DNA of 60,664 nucleotides, filler included, from 6 parts of 6 records of this genome joined end to end with filler, not necessarily neighbours in it; one strand, 5' to 3'. Counted from the first letter of the whole stretch, positions 9,969 through 22,261 are shown. Numbers and translations: made by a program. Notes: generated by a model from the letters alone, not told the origin.

Positions 9969-10712
9969 TTACTGATTCTGTGTTTCTTTAATGAACTCAG
10001 CCAGTAATTGTTCCTGTTCGTCAGTCAGAGCTAGGTTTTCCAGGAGTTCCGGTCTTCTTAGCCAAGTTCGGCCTAGCGACGATTTAAGTCGCCAGCGACG
10101 AATGTCCTCGTGATTTCCGGATTTCAGTACCGAAGGTACCTCTTTTCCGTCTAACAACTCTGGACGCGTATAGTGCGGACAATCTAACAAGCCATTGGCA
10201 AAAGAATCTTCTTCTGCTGACGCAAAATCTCCAAGTACCCCCGGAATAAACCGAGACACTGAATCAATGAGCGTCATGGCTGGGATTTCCCCTCCCGTCA
10301 TTACGAAATCTCCAATTGACCATTCTTCGTCAACTTCAGATTCAATAATGCGTTCATCTACCCCTTCATAGCGACCACAGATAAGAACAATGTTCTCGTT
10401 TGTTGCCAGCTCTTCAACTCCTTGCTGGTCGAGTTTTCGACCTTGAGGAGAAAGGTAAATCACTTTCGCCTTTCCCGGTGCGGCTTCTTTCGCTTTATGA
10501 ATAGCATCGCGCAAAGGCTGAACCATCATAAGCATACCAGGGCCACCACCGTAGGGTTTGTCGTCGACAGTGCGACGTTTATCATGAGTGAAATCGCGAG
10601 GATTCCAAGTCTCAACTGATAACAACCCTTTTTTAACCGCTTGACCTGTTACTCCAAAATCCGTAATGCTGCGGAACATTTCAGGAAATAGGCTTATTAC
10701 GCCAACCCACAT
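9969..10712 (-). CDS. trmD: tRNA (guanine-N1)-methyltransferase
   Basis: Start at [45 protein letters not shown] motifs. Confidence 0.98.
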   Translation of the reverse strand: MWVGVISLFPEMFRSITDFGVTGQAVKKGLLSVETWNPRDFTHDKRRTVDDKPYGGGPGMLMMVQPLRDAIHKAKEAAPGKAKVIYLSPQGRKLDQQGVEELATNENIVLICGRYEGVDERIIESEVDEEWSIGDFVMTGGEIPAMTLIDSVSRFIPGVLGDFASAEEDSFANGLLDCPHYTRPELLDGKEVPSVLKSGNHEDIRRWRLKSSLGRTWLRRPELLENLALTDEQEQLLAEFIKETQNQ

Positions 10713-10737
10713 GTGTTCTTTGCCTTGTCTTTTAGAG

Positions 10738-11289
10738 TTAAAACGCTGGATCCCAGTCAACTTCGATCCGTTGAGCTGTGCGATCAATATTTTTGATCAC
10801 TTGCTCTTCAAGGAACGGGATTAATCGTTCCTTTTGCCCAAAAGCATCTTTTAGATTTGCTTTCACTACTAGAACATCGTTCGAGCCAGTTTCTAACATA
10901 TCTGTGACTTTCCCAAGATCGTAACCTTGAGTGGTCACAACTTGCATACCAAACAATTCACGCCAGTAGAACTCATCTTCTGGCAATTCTGGTAGCACAG
11001 CAGGGTCGATTGAAATTTCAAAATTAGTCAGCAGGTGCGCATCTTCACGAATATCCAGACCTTCCAGTTTAACTACAAGACCTTTGTTGTGACGCTTCCA
11101 ACTTTCCACTTTGTACTCAACCCACGTACCTTTATGGTTAACAAACCAAGGTGCGTAATCGAAAATGCTTTCAGTATTGTCTGTATAGGAAAAAACTTTA
11201 AGCCAACCACGAATGCCATAAGTAGCACCAAACTTGCCTACAACAATTCTGTCGTTTTGCTTATTCATTTCTTTACCTTTCATCGACAT
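10738..11289 (-). CDS. rimM: Ribosome maturation factor RimM
   Basis: [35 protein letters not shown]; between rpsP and trmD. Confidence 0.98.
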   Translation of the reverse strand: MSMKGKEMNKQNDRIVVGKFGATYGIRGWLKVFSYTDNTESIFDYAPWFVNHKGTWVEYKVESWKRHNKGLVVKLEGLDIREDAHLLTNFEISIDPAVLPELPEDEFYWRELFGMQVVTTQGYDLGKVTDMLETGSNDVLVVKANLKDAFGQKERLIPFLEEQVIKNIDRTAQRIEVDWDPAF

Positions 11290-11315
11290 AAACTAGTTAC
11301 TCACTAATGTAAGAA

Positions 11316-11564
11316 TTAAGCCGCTTTTTGAGCGTCTTTAACTAGCTTAGCTACGCGGTCAGATACAGTAGCACCTTGTGATACCCAGTGGTTCACACGG
11401 TCTAGATCTAGACGTAGGCCTTCTTCTTGACCAGTTGCAGTAGGGTTAAAGAAACCTACTTTCTCAATGAAGCGGCCAGTAGCTGCGTTGCGGCTGTCTG
11501 CAACAACGATTTGATAGAATGGACGCTTCTTAGCGCCGTGACGTGCCAAACGAATGGTTACCAT
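11316..11564 (-). CDS. rpsP: 30S ribosomal protein S16
   Basis: [25 protein letters not shown]. Confidence 0.99.
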   Translation of the reverse strand: MVTIRLARHGAKKRPFYQIVVADSRNAATGRFIEKVGFFNPTATGQEEGLRLDLDRVNHWVSQGATVSDRVAKLVKDAQKAA

Positions 11565-11817
11565 GTCGTCCTCTTTGCTTTCTCAAAAATAAAATTAACC
11601 CCAGTAACCGTTTAAATAAAACAGCTTGGGGTCTCGTGCCAAAATAAAGCCCCGGAATTTTACTCTTATTCCGAGGCATTGCAAGGATTTTAGCTAATTT
11701 TCCACCACCAGAAGCAGGGGTAAAATTCCGTGACCTTGCTAACACTTTGAAAAGTTGAGTTCAATATTTAAACAAGCTTTGCTCTCAACCCAACAAATTA
11801 AAGGGGAAGCACTAACG

Positions 11818-13206
11818 TTAACGGCCGAAGAAACCGCCGCCGCCACCGCCCATGCCTCCCATTCCGCCCATCATGCCTTGCATGTTGCGCATCATGCCTT
11901 TCATTCCACCTTTTTGCATTTTCTTCATCATCTTCTGCATTTGGGTGAACTGTTTTAATAGACGATTGACATCTTGAACCTGAGTTCCCGAACCCGCAGC
12001 AATACGCTTTTTACGTGAGCCCTTAATCAATTCAGGGCGCTGACGCTCTTTCATCGTCATTGAGTTGATGATCGCTTCCATTTGCTTGAACATCTTGTCA
12101 TCAACTTTGTCTTTTACATTATCAGGAAGCTTAGACATACCTGGCAATTTATCCATCATGCCCATCATGCCACCCATGTTGGACATCTGACCTAACTGCT
12201 CACGGAAGTCTTCAAGGTCGAAACCTTTTTTCTCTTTAAACTTCTTCGCCAGTTTTTCAGCTTTATCTTGGTCAACATTACGTTGCAGGTCTTCAATCAG
12301 TGACAGAACGTCACCCATACCAAGAATACGAGAAGCAACACGGTCTGGATGGAAAGGTTCTAACGCATCAGTTTTCTCACCAACACCCAAGAACTTAATT
12401 GGCTTACCCGTAATATGACGAACAGAAAGCGCAGCACCACCACGAGCATCACCATCGACTTTGGTCAGTATCACACCCGTTAGTGGAAGTGCATCACCAA
12501 ATGCTTTTGCCGTGTTAGCCGCATCCTGACCTGTCATTGCATCAACAACGAAAAGCGTTTCTACAGGTGTAATCGCTTTATGCAGGTCCTTAATTTCAGA
12601 CATCATATCTTCATCGATAGCAAGACGACCTGCTGTATCGACAATTAATACGTCATAGAATTTTTTCTTCGCATGATCAATTGCTGCATTCGCAATATCA
12701 ATTGGCTTTTGGTCTGCTGAAGACGGAAAGAAATCAACACCGATGTCTGTTGCTAGTGTTTCCAACTGTTTGATCGCCGCAGGACGATAAACGTCGGCAG
12801 AAACTACCAGCACGTTTTTCTTATCACGCTCTTTTAATAGCTTAGATAATTTACCAACACTGGTTGTTTTACCTGCACCCTGCAGACCTGCCATCAAAAT
12901 AACCGCAGGAGGCTGAGCCGCAAGATTAAGAGCCTCGTTGGACTCCCCCATAACATGTTCAAGTTCGCTTTGAACGATCTTGATAAATTCTTGGCCCGGT
13001 GTCAGGGACTTAGAGACTTGAACACCAACAGCACTCTCTTTTACGCGCTTTACAAAATCACGCACAACAGGAAGGGCAACATCCGCTTCCAGTAACGCCA
13101 TACGCACTTCGCGCAGGGTTTCTTTAATATTATCTTCAGTAAGACGCCCTTTGCCGCTGATGTTCTTCAGCGTACTGGACAGTCGATCCGTTAAATTCTC
13201 AAACAT
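11818..13206 (-). CDS. ffh: Signal recognition particle protein
   Basis: GLQGAGKTT, DTAGR, TKVDGDARGG; Met-rich M domain. Confidence 0.99.
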   Translation of the reverse strand: MFENLTDRLSSTLKNISGKGRLTEDNIKETLREVRMALLEADVALPVVRDFVKRVKESAVGVQVSKSLTPGQEFIKIVQSELEHVMGESNEALNLAAQPPAVILMAGLQGAGKTTSVGKLSKLLKERDKKNVLVVSADVYRPAAIKQLETLATDIGVDFFPSSADQKPIDIANAAIDHAKKKFYDVLIVDTAGRLAIDEDMMSEIKDLHKAITPVETLFVVDAMTGQDAANTAKAFGDALPLTGVILTKVDGDARGGAALSVRHITGKPIKFLGVGEKTDALEPFHPDRVASRILGMGDVLSLIEDLQRNVDQDKAEKLAKKFKEKKGFDLEDFREQLGQMSNMGGMMGMMDKLPGMSKLPDNVKDKVDDKMFKQMEAIINSMTMKERQRPELIKGSRKKRIAAGSGTQVQDVNRLLKQFTQMQKMMKKMQKGGMKGMMRNMQGMMGGMGGMGGGGGGFFGR

Positions 13207-13419
13207 TTTTCTTCTCTTCGCGGTACGGCGATAAATTATGGTGAGTATACCTTAGCCAAGTGAATAGGCATACCCATAGCAGGGCGCATTGAGGTTTCTA
13301 TTGTAGATTGGGTTTACTTTGTGAGATCTCAACTCTCAAAATCGAGCAATATCTGTCATAGCCCATTGCATTCAGTCAATGTATAATCCGTTAATTCAGC
13401 AGCTATTTATGTGAGAAGT

Positions 13420-14214
13420 ATGGATAACGTAATCGCTATCGTTGCCACTTTATTGTACATTTTATCAATTGCAACCATAGTGCCTAGCCTAGTACATCAA
13501 ACAGGTATCAGAGCAAAATCGGTGTTTATATCCGCTTCGTTTGCTCTAGTTTTTCATGCCTGGCTATTGGGTGATCTCATCTTAAACGGAACTGGTCAGA
13601 ACTTGAGTATGCTTAATGTCGCTTCTTTGATTAGCTTCATTATTTCTCTGGTCATGAGTGTGGCAATGTTCAAAACTCGTTTGTGGTTTCTGTTACCTGT
13701 TGTCTATAGCTTCTCTGCAATTAATGTTGCTGCTGCAGCCTTTCTTCCAGGCACTTTCATCACTCACCTGGAAAATGACCCTAAGTTACTCATCCATATC
13801 TCTCTGGCGCTGTTTTCTTACTCGACGCTCTCCATCGGGGCACTGTATGCCATCCAACTGGCTTGGCTTGATTACAAATTGAAAAAGAAAAAAGCTTTGG
13901 CAATCAATCCAAATTTGCCACCATTGCTGATGGTTGAACGTCAGTTGTTTAAAATCATACTGATTGGCAACTTGTTACTTACAGGAACCTTACTAACAGG
14001 TTTTGTGTTTGTACAAGACATGTTAGCTCAAGGGAAAGCACACAAAGCTATCCTTTCGTTTATTGCTTGGATTGTTTACTCAGTTCTGCTGTGGGGCCAC
14101 TATCAACAAGGGTGGCGAGGTAGAAAAGTGACTTGGTTCGCCATTGCTGGAGCAACGCTTTTGACCTTGGCTTACTTCGGTAGTCGTTTTGTCAGAGAAA
14201 TAATTCTAGGCTAA
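13420..14214 (+). CDS. ypjD: Cytochrome c assembly family inner membrane protein YpjD
   Basis: Multi-TM, HKAILS...GWRG...LAYFGSRFV; divergent from ffh as in gammaproteobacteria. Confidence 0.88.
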   Translation: MDNVIAIVATLLYILSIATIVPSLVHQTGIRAKSVFISASFALVFHAWLLGDLILNGTGQNLSMLNVASLISFIISLVMSVAMFKTRLWFLLPVVYSFSAINVAAAAFLPGTFITHLENDPKLLIHISLALFSYSTLSIGALYAIQLAWLDYKLKKKKALAINPNLPPLLMVERQLFKIILIGNLLLTGTLLTGFVFVQDMLAQGKAHKAILSFIAWIVYSVLLWGHYQQGWRGRKVTWFAIAGATLLTLAYFGSRFVREIILG

Positions 14215-14301
14215 TTTCATAACTTCTCTGGAAGCCATTATTGACATCCAGCTGTTAATCATCCATTAATTACAAAAATTGTTATAAGGAAAACGACCGT
14301 T

Positions 14302-15573
14302 TTGGACGACATATCAACGGGTATCTTGTTTGCGCTACTCGCGTGTCTTATTGTTATTTCAGCTTACTTTTCTGGTTCCGAGACAGGCATGATGTCTCTC
14401 AACCGCTACCGTTTAAAGCACTTGGCCAATACTGGTCACAAAGGTGCGAAACGGGTTGAAAGACTTCTAAGTCGCCCAGACCGTTTAATTGGTCTTATTC
14501 TTATCGGCAATAACCTCGTTAACATCCTTGCTTCCGCTATTGCGACCATTATTGGTATGCGCCTATACGGAGACTATGGTGTTGCTATTGCGACCGGTGC
14601 ACTAACTTTAGTCGTTCTGGTGTTTGCAGAGGTCACACCAAAAACGCTGGCAGCTCTGTTTCCAGAGAAGGTTTCCTACGCAAGCAGTATTGTACTAACA
14701 ATCCTGATGAAAGTTTTCGCACCATTAGTGGTATTCGTAAACTTCATTACCAATAACTTCATTCGTTTATTGGGCGTCAAAAATCTCGACGGTAGTGATG
14801 ACCACTTAAGCTCAGAGGAGCTCAGAACGGTCGTCAATGAAGCCGGCGGACTTATCCCTCGTCGTCACCAAGATATGCTGTTGTCGATTCTTGACTTAGA
14901 GCACGTAACGGTAAACGACATCATGATCCCACGTAATGAGATTACGGGGATTAACATTAATGATGATTGGAAATCTATCGTTCGTCAGTTGACTCACTCT
15001 CCTCATGGTCGAGTGGTGTTATATCGCGATCAAATTGACGAAGCGGTCGGTATTTTGCGTCTGCGTGAAGCCTCTCGCTTCATGCTAGAGAAAAACGAGT
15101 TCAATAAAGAGACCATTCTGCGTGCAGCTGATGAAGTCTACTTTATTCCAGAGAGCACGCCACTCAACGTTCAACTATTAAAGTTCCAACGTAATAAAGA
15201 GCGTATTGGCCTGATTGTAGATGAATACGGTGACATTATTGGCTTAATCACCCTTGAAGATATTCTGGAAGAAATTGTCGGTGAGTTCACCACATCGATT
15301 GCCCCAAGCCTATCAGAAGAGATCACGCCACAAGGTGATGGCAGTTTCCTGATTGAAGGTAGTGCAAACATTCGTGATATCAACAAGAGCTTGAAGTGGA
15401 AATTGCCAACCGATGGTCCAAGAACGTTAAATGGTTTGATTTTGGAACATCTTGAAGAGATTCCCGAAAGCCACTTGAGCGTCAAAGTGGCCAGCCACCC
15501 GATGGAAATCGTTGAGCTAGAAGAAAATCGAATTAAGCTGGTTAGGGTTCACCCTAAGAAAGCGAAAAAATAA
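14302..15573 (+). CDS. CNNM/DUF21-CBS-CorC domain protein (YfjD/CorB-like)
   Basis: SAYFSGSETG, AEVTPKTLA, CBS pair with VDEYGDIIGLITLEDILEEIVG, CorC C-terminus; TTG start. Confidence 0.92.
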   Translation: MDDISTGILFALLACLIVISAYFSGSETGMMSLNRYRLKHLANTGHKGAKRVERLLSRPDRLIGLILIGNNLVNILASAIATIIGMRLYGDYGVAIATGALTLVVLVFAEVTPKTLAALFPEKVSYASSIVLTILMKVFAPLVVFVNFITNNFIRLLGVKNLDGSDDHLSSEELRTVVNEAGGLIPRRHQDMLLSILDLEHVTVNDIMIPRNEITGININDDWKSIVRQLTHSPHGRVVLYRDQIDEAVGILRLREASRFMLEKNEFNKETILRAADEVYFIPESTPLNVQLLKFQRNKERIGLIVDEYGDIIGLITLEDILEEIVGEFTTSIAPSLSEEITPQGDGSFLIEGSANIRDINKSLKWKLPTDGPRTLNGLILEHLEEIPESHLSVKVASHPMEIVELEENRIKLVRVHPKKAKK

Positions 15574-15585
15574 ATCTGCACCATT

Positions 15586-15621
15586 AAAAAAGGCTTGGAA
15601 TCCATATCCCAAGCCTTTTTT
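15586..15621. terminator. Bidirectional terminator between convergent genes
   Basis: AAAAAAGGCTTGG...CCAAGCCTTTTTT. Confidence 0.8.
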
Positions 15622-15645
15622 GCATTCGATGTCTACGAGTCGTAA

Positions 15646-16164
15646 TTAGTCGACTTTAAGTTCTTTTAGCATATCTTCTGGAAGTGCTAGCTCGTCATTT
15701 TTGTTAACACTGATGCCAGCTGCAATGATTGCTTTCGCGATCTCTTTTGCTTCTTCTAGAGAGTGCATTGCAGCCGTACCACACTGGTACTCATTCAATT
15801 CAGGAATCTTGTTCTGAGACTCTACTTTCAATACATCTTGCATTGCAGCAAGCCAAGCGTCTGCAACTTGAGATTCAGTAGGTGTACCAATTAAGCTCAT
15901 GTAGAAACCAGTACGACAACCCATCGGTGAAATATCAATGATCTCTACATCAGAGCCATTCAAGTGAGCACGCATAAAGCCTGCGTAAAGGTGCTCAAGG
16001 GTATGGATACCTTTTTCAGACAGAATGTCTTTATTTGGCGCAGTAAAACGTAAATCAAAAACAGTGATTGTATCGCCTTTAGGCGTTTGCATCGTTTTCG
16101 CCACACGAACAGCAGGTGCATTCATTCGTGTGTGGTCAACGGTAAAACTGTCTAGTAATGGCAT
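15646..16164 (-). CDS. luxS: S-ribosylhomocysteine lyase (AI-2 synthase)
   Basis: [30 protein letters not shown]. Confidence 0.99.
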   Translation of the reverse strand: MPLLDSFTVDHTRMNAPAVRVAKTMQTPKGDTITVFDLRFTAPNKDILSEKGIHTLEHLYAGFMRAHLNGSDVEIIDISPMGCRTGFYMSLIGTPTESQVADAWLAAMQDVLKVESQNKIPELNEYQCGTAAMHSLEEAKEIAKAIIAAGISVNKNDELALPEDMLKELKVD

Positions 16165-16259
16165 TGTTCTTTCTCTCCATTGGTGCTGGTCGATTTTGTC
16201 TAACCAGCATCGTGTGTAGTTGGTGTTATGATAGCTATCTTCAGTTCAATGGTGAAGCT

Positions 16260-17831
16260 CTATGCTTTGTTTAGATAAGCAAAATAGTTTTCTAGGAAAG
16301 CATCAAAGCTAAGTTCGTCACTTTGCTCAATTTGCTTCTGCTCTTCAAATGAACGAACGACTTCGTCTTCCATCAAGGTTGTTGAATACGTTTGGTAAGC
16401 ATGATTCAAATTATCTTCGCGATACTCTTTCCCTAAAGCGCATCCGGCTTTACCCAATCCACCCGCTTGCTTTACCTTCTCAAGCAACTGTGCTGACAAT
16501 GTTTTTTCAGGGTTATCAATCCAGCTTTCTAGTTCAAGACAAACACTTTGATAGGCTTCACCACCAAGAGCGCCATCCATCACTTCAGCAATTTGACGTA
16601 AATCGCCAAATACGCGTTTCGCCCACTCTTGCAGAGACAACTTCTCACCATGACAACCTATTTGTAGCTCTAAACCTGGCTTACGGCCTTCTTCAATCAC
16701 TTTGTTCCAGTTGTCTCGCCAGCATTCCAACTCACAGTTATCCATAGGATCAGAATCTGAAAGCGCCGCCCATGCTAAGAAAAGATCTAAGAAACGAACT
16801 TGCTGCTCAGTAATACCAACCGGACTAAATGGGTTTACATCTAATGAGCGCACTTCGATGTATTCAACCCCACCGCGACCTAACGCTTCGGAAGGTTTCT
16901 CGCCACTTTTCGCCACACGCTTAGGACGAATAGGGGCATACAGCTCATTTTCAATTTGCAGCACATTGCTATTAAGTTGACGATATTCACCATCCACCTT
17001 AACGCCAATCTCCGCAAATTCTTCAGAAGGAGTGCGAATCGCTTTGTTCAAACCTTCTAAGTATTGATCAATGCTGTTAAAACCAATTTTAAGGCCACTT
17101 TGAGCACTGTTGGTATAACCCAAGTCACTCAGTCTCAAAGAGGTCGAATAAGGTAAATACAGTGTGCCACCAAGTTTCTCAAATGGCAGGTTCGTCTCTC
17201 GGCCTTTAATGAAAGATGAACACAGAGCAGGAGAGGCACCAAAGAAATAAGGAATCAACCAACCAAATCGATAGTAATTGCGGATAAGCGCAAAGTAAGC
17301 GTCTGATTTCGTTGATTGACGCTGCTGTTCATTTTGCTCACCGTAAAGCGCATCCCAGAAAGACTCTGGAAATGAAAAGTTAAAATGCACACCTGAAATA
17401 ATCTGCATTAAGCTACCGTAGCGCTTCTTGAGCCCGGTACGGTAAAGCGTTTTCATTCGACCTGAATTTGATGTGCCATATTGCGCTAAGTTAATGTCAT
17501 CTTCACTGCCAACATAACAAGGCATAGACAGAGGCCATAACTTCTCATCATCGAGCTTAGATTGGGCAAAATGATGAATATCTTGCAGTTGAGACATCAA
17601 TACAGAAACATCATTTGAAACCGGAGTAATGAACTCTAGCAGTGATTCTGAAAAGTCTGTGGTAATCCAGCGATTGGTAAAGGCAGAACCCAAAGACTTG
17701 GGATGAGGCGTGGTCGCCAGATCGCCACCCGAGGTATAGCGTAAGGTTTCACGTTCAACACCACGGCCAAACTGTTGAAATACATTCGGTTTATTTGCAA
17801 CTCGTTGGAGTCGCTCGGCAAAATTAGTCAA
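16260..17831 (-). CDS. gshA: Glutamate-cysteine ligase
   Basis: [51 protein letters not shown]. Confidence 0.98.
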   Translation of the reverse strand: MTNFAERLQRVANKPNVFQQFGRGVERETLRYTSGGDLATTPHPKSLGSAFTNRWITTDFSESLLEFITPVSNDVSVLMSQLQDIHHFAQSKLDDEKLWPLSMPCYVGSEDDINLAQYGTSNSGRMKTLYRTGLKKRYGSLMQIISGVHFNFSFPESFWDALYGEQNEQQRQSTKSDAYFALIRNYYRFGWLIPYFFGASPALCSSFIKGRETNLPFEKLGGTLYLPYSTSLRLSDLGYTNSAQSGLKIGFNSIDQYLEGLNKAIRTPSEEFAEIGVKVDGEYRQLNSNVLQIENELYAPIRPKRVAKSGEKPSEALGRGGVEYIEVRSLDVNPFSPVGITEQQVRFLDLFLAWAALSDSDPMDNCELECWRDNWNKVIEEGRKPGLELQIGCHGEKLSLQEWAKRVFGDLRQIAEVMDGALGGEAYQSVCLELESWIDNPEKTLSAQLLEKVKQAGGLGKAGCALGKEYREDNLNHAYQTYSTTLMEDEVVRSFEEQKQIEQSDELSFDAFLENYFAYLNKA

Positions 17832-17942
17832 ATTGAAATTCGCTTATATATAGTGAGCCAACGGAAAGCGACCTATTCTTAGATTAAATTACTAAGAATA
17901 GATGGGAGGCGTGTGAACGTCGCCTCCTCATTTATGTGTACT

Positions 17943-20798
17943 CTAGCGGATGATTTCAAGCTCTTCTACGGGAATTGTTAATTTTTCTAGTTGAGGCTTG
18001 AGCGTTTTAGCGTCGCCAACGACGATAATTTGGTAATTCTCAGGATTAAACCACTTAGCAGCGATATGATCCAGCGTTGCTTTATCCACATTTTTCACAA
18101 TATCGTTGCGTACCTGTAAATAATCTCGATCCAAACTGTAAGTCAAAATACTGCTTAACAACGAAGCTTTCTGTCCCGGCGTTTCGTATTTCAGAGCATC
18201 TTGTTGTCCAACCGCGAGACGCAAGAACTCCATTTCGGAATCAGTCAGTCCGTCTTGGCTAAACTTAGCCATCTCTTGTTGCAACTCAATGATCGCATCT
18301 AAAGTAGAATCCGAACGGATCTGAGCACTAAATACGATGGCTCCTACTTCGCGGTTACTGGCAAAATAACTGCTTGCCCCGTAAGTGTATGCCTTGTCTT
18401 CTCGCAAGTTTTGATTCACCCGGCTATTGAAGTTTCCAGCCAGATTAAAGTTGGCTAATTGAGAAAGATAGAGCTCACCCGTGGCGTCAAACGTCAGACC
18501 TCGACGAACGAGACGAATAGAGGATTGCGGTGCATCTGGCTTATCGACTAGATACACTTTTCTCTGCTGAAGATTTGGCACTATCTGCGGGTCTAATAGC
18601 GGAGAGGCTTCCCCTTGCCATTGGGCAAAGAACTCAAGTTGTGAGCGTATTTCCGATTTGGAAATATCCCCGACTACAACCACTTGAGCACCATTGGGTG
18701 TGTAGTGTTTCCGATAGAACTGCTTCACATCTTCAAGGGTTAGCTGAGTAATAGACTGCTCAGTACCGCCACTCGAACGAGCAAAAATTGATGAACCAAA
18801 CAGTACCTGTCGCGTTGCTTGAGAAGCTAACCAACTTGGGGTTTGATGCTGGAAAACCACCCCTTGAATCATTTGACGTTTAATTCTCTCGAAATCTTGC
18901 TGCTTAAAAGCAGGCTGGAACAACATTTCCTGCAACACAGAAAGAGTCTCGGGTAAGTTTTTCTCCAAACTAGAAACAACCACACTTGTCGAATAAGAGC
19001 CTGCACTGACACTGATACTCGAACCAAGCTTATCGAGCTGAGCCTGAATCGCTTCAACGTCACGTAATCTTGAGCCTTCTTCCATCATCGCTGCAGTTAA
19101 ACCAGCAAGGCCTTCCTTGCCTCGAGCGACATGACGCTCACCTGCAGGGAGGTTAAACAAAATAGCGACTGTTGGAGTTTCGCTGGTTTTGGTTCCTAGC
19201 AGTTCGGCACCATTGCGGAAATATATGTCATACAGTTTAGGGCTGCGAGCTTGTACGGCCTGAGCAACTTCAGGCATCACTGAACGGTCAAAGTTATCAA
19301 TAACTTCTCTCAGCTCAAGCTGCTGTTCAGTCACGGATTGATGTTGATCCAGTTGACGTTTAGCGGTTACGTAATTGGCTTTGCTAACGGCAAAGCTCAA
19401 CTTACCTTTTGGTACCACGCTTAAGGTAACCTTGTTTTTTCCATCAACGTAGCGCTCGAAAGCCGACTCTATTTGTTGTGGAGAAACACCTCGTATTTGC
19501 TGTAGCTGGGATTCAATACGATCGGGTTGGGCAAAGAAAGTTTCATTTGAAGCAAGTTGAGAGACTTTACCCGCAACACTTTGCAGAGCAAAAACTGCGT
19601 TTGCTTCTGCCATTCCGGTGATCTCTTCTAATCGTTCTGAAGAAACGCCTTGGCGTTTAAACTGCTCTAAAGTATCCATCAATTCTTGATAGAGTGGTTT
19701 TAAATTGCCTTTCGGGCCAGCAGGAGCCATGGCGTAAACATATAAATTACAAGCAAGCTCTGAGCAGTCATTAAACGCACCCGCGCTAACCGCTTTTTGA
19801 GTTTTGACCAAATTCTGGTAGAGAAAACTATTAGTTCCACCGCCCAAAACACTCGCCAGCATGTCTGTTGCTATTTGATCTTCAGCACCGCGATAAGATG
19901 TTGGCCAGCCAATTACGACCATAGGTTGTTGAATGCGGTCCTCTAACGTGACATACCGGTCTTGTTTGAGAATGGCAGGCTGCTTAGGTGCATTTTCAAC
20001 ATTCGGGCCCTTAGGAATGGAGCCAAAGTACTTACTTACCCACTCCAACGTCTGTTGAACATCAATATCTCCGCCAATGGTTAGCACGGCATTGTTCGGT
20101 CCATACCAGCGAAGAAAAAATGCTTTTAAATCATTAACATTAACTTTATCGAGATCTTCTACGTAACCAATAGTCTGCCAAGAATAAGGATGGCCTTGTG
20201 GATAGATCGCTTCACCCATTCTCTCCCACATCAAACCATAAGGTCGATTATCGTAATTCTGGGCGCGTTCGTTTTTCACCGTATCTCTTTGAATTTCAAA
20301 CTTACGCTGAGACACCGCATCAAGTAAGAAGCCCATACGGTCAGATTCCAACCACAATACTTTTTCTAACTGATTGGAAGGCACTGTCTGATAATAGTTA
20401 GTACGATCTCGGTTCGTTGTCCCATTTAATGAACCACCAGCTTCAGTCACGATTTTAAAGTGCTGCTGATCACCAACATGCTTAGATCCCTGAAACATCA
20501 TATGTTCAAAGAAGTGTGCGAAACCTGATTTACCGACTTCTTCACGTGCAGAGCCAACATGATAAGTCACATCAACATGCACAAGTGGATCAGAATCATC
20601 AGGGGATAGGATGACGGTTAACCCATTATCCAAACGATATTTTGAATATGGGATCATCACTTTCCCTGCTTCAGGTTCCACCTGCTCGATTAGGTGGATA
20701 CCTTGAGGAAAAAAAGAATCGACCGTTTCTGGTTTGGTTGATGAACTACAGCCATATAAGGCTATCAAGAAGAAGGCACCAGCCCAGATTTTTTTCAT
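17943..20798 (-). CDS. M16 family zinc peptidase lipoprotein (PqqL/insulinase-like)
   Basis: Lipobox LYGC; inverted zinc motif HFFEH; two M16 halves. Confidence 0.92.
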   Translation of the reverse strand: MKKIWAGAFFLIALYGCSSSTKPETVDSFFPQGIHLIEQVEPEAGKVMIPYSKYRLDNGLTVILSPDDSDPLVHVDVTYHVGSAREEVGKSGFAHFFEHMMFQGSKHVGDQQHFKIVTEAGGSLNGTTNRDRTNYYQTVPSNQLEKVLWLESDRMGFLLDAVSQRKFEIQRDTVKNERAQNYDNRPYGLMWERMGEAIYPQGHPYSWQTIGYVEDLDKVNVNDLKAFFLRWYGPNNAVLTIGGDIDVQQTLEWVSKYFGSIPKGPNVENAPKQPAILKQDRYVTLEDRIQQPMVVIGWPTSYRGAEDQIATDMLASVLGGGTNSFLYQNLVKTQKAVSAGAFNDCSELACNLYVYAMAPAGPKGNLKPLYQELMDTLEQFKRQGVSSERLEEITGMAEANAVFALQSVAGKVSQLASNETFFAQPDRIESQLQQIRGVSPQQIESAFERYVDGKNKVTLSVVPKGKLSFAVSKANYVTAKRQLDQHQSVTEQQLELREVIDNFDRSVMPEVAQAVQARSPKLYDIYFRNGAELLGTKTSETPTVAILFNLPAGERHVARGKEGLAGLTAAMMEEGSRLRDVEAIQAQLDKLGSSISVSAGSYSTSVVVSSLEKNLPETLSVLQEMLFQPAFKQQDFERIKRQMIQGVVFQHQTPSWLASQATRQVLFGSSIFARSSGGTEQSITQLTLEDVKQFYRKHYTPNGAQVVVVGDISKSEIRSQLEFFAQWQGEASPLLDPQIVPNLQQRKVYLVDKPDAPQSSIRLVRRGLTFDATGELYLSQLANFNLAGNFNSRVNQNLREDKAYTYGASSYFASNREVGAIVFSAQIRSDSTLDAIIELQQEMAKFSQDGLTDSEMEFLRLAVGQQDALKYETPGQKASLLSSILTYSLDRDYLQVRNDIVKNVDKATLDHIAAKWFNPENYQIIVVGDAKTLKPQLEKLTIPVEELEIIR

Positions 20799-20849
20799 AA
20801 CACATCCTTAAATCAAACACCCATTCCGGCATGAGTTTGTGTCTAAAAC

Positions 20850-21317
20850 CTAACCACCGGTATGCGCATAAAACAAAACAGCAAGAATGGAGTATCGAAA
20901 AGCCTTACCAATCAAAACCATGACAAATGAAGGTAAAAATTTCATTCTTAGCCAACCAGCAGCTAAACAAAGAGGATCACCAATGACAGGGAGCCAGCTA
21001 AAAAGCAGTGACCAGTAGCCATATTTCGTTAACCATACTAAAGCTTTATGACCATGTTTTTCTTGATGAGTTCGATTAGGAATCCACAACCCTAGCCAAT
21101 AATTAACCATTCCACCTAAGGTATTTCCTATTGTCGCGACGGTAATGACAGAAAACACAGTATATTGATTAAGCGCTAGCGTTGCGATTAACGCGGCCTC
21201 TGACCCGCCGGGAAGCAAAGTCGCACTAAGAAAACCGCCGAAGAAAAGCACCCAAAGCGCAGAATCTGAAAAGAACTGCGCAAGCTGAGTGAACTGAGAA
21301 TTGAAAAACTCAATCAT
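20850..21317 (-). CDS. yqaA: YqaA/DedA family membrane protein
   Basis: FLSATLLPGGSE, GNTLGG, SWLPVIGDPLC. Confidence 0.88.
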   Translation of the reverse strand: MIEFFNSQFTQLAQFFSDSALWVLFFGGFLSATLLPGGSEAALIATLALNQYTVFSVITVATIGNTLGGMVNYWLGLWIPNRTHQEKHGHKALVWLTKYGYWSLLFSWLPVIGDPLCLAAGWLRMKFLPSFVMVLIGKAFRYSILAVLFYAHTGG

Positions 21318-22261
21318 TTCATATCGAGCAAGACCTTACCTCTGGTATGTCCCGATTCAATTTGGATATGCGCTTGTTGTACTTCAGACATTGGGTAAAT
21401 GTGCTGAATTTCTGTTTTCAGTAAGCCGACACTCACCATATAAAGCATGGTTTCTAACTGCTCAAGGTTTGGATCAACCAACATGCCTGTGGCTTCAAAA
21501 CCAAGCAGCTTCGCTTTTTCACAAATCAGCTCGGCACTCAACGTAGGTACAGTGACCACTCTTGCATTATCTTTCAGACATTTCAGTGCATCTAAAGCAG
21601 CATCACCACCAACCAAGTCAATCAGTACATCCACTTCTTCTATACGCTGTGAAACCGGCGCAAACTCATAGTTGATAGCATGCGCACCTAATGTCGCTAA
21701 GTAATCCAGGTTGCGCTCACTACAGGTTGTATAGACTTCCGCTTTCGCCGCAAGTGCAAATTGAACAGCTAAATGCCCCACACCACCTGCACCGGCAAGA
21801 ACTAAAACCACATCCCCTTCTTTTACTTCCGCTTTATTCAAGGCTTGGGCAGCCGTTTGACCAGCCAAGGGAAGAACAGCTGCCGCTTCTAAAGTAACCG
21901 ATTCAGGCACAAGGCTTAACTCAGATTCAGGGACACAAATATATTGACTGTATCCACCTCCGGTTAAAGGGAAGCCAATAAAACCCGCGACATTATCACC
22001 TTGTTTGAAACGCGAAACAGCCTGACCCGCTTTTAATACCTGCCCTGAAATATCGTATCCTGGCACCCAAGGAAGATTATCTTTGTTCTGAGCCGCTGCC
22101 CAACCTAACCCTGCTCGAGTTTTGACATCTATCGGGTTAAGACCAGCGAACGCAACACGAACGAGTACTTCGCCTTCTTTTGGTTCAGGAATTGGTGCAG
22201 ATAAAATTGAGAGTACTTCAGGCCCACCAAACTGGGTAATAGCGATTTGCTTGTTTTCCAT
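21314..22261 (-). CDS. NADP-dependent quinone oxidoreductase (MDR family)
   Basis: Start at MENKQ; FGGPEVL, GLNPID, AGAGGVGH, GHTRGKVLL. Confidence 0.9.
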   Translation of the reverse strand: MENKQIAITQFGGPEVLSILSAPIPEPKEGEVLVRVAFAGLNPIDVKTRAGLGWAAAQNKDNLPWVPGYDISGQVLKAGQAVSRFKQGDNVAGFIGFPLTGGGYSQYICVPESELSLVPESVTLEAAAVLPLAGQTAAQALNKAEVKEGDVVLVLAGAGGVGHLAVQFALAAKAEVYTTCSERNLDYLATLGAHAINYEFAPVSQRIEEVDVLIDLVGGDAALDALKCLKDNARVVTVPTLSAELICEKAKLLGFEATGMLVDPNLEQLETMLYMVSVGLLKTEIQHIYPMSEVQQAHIQIESGHTRGKVLLDMK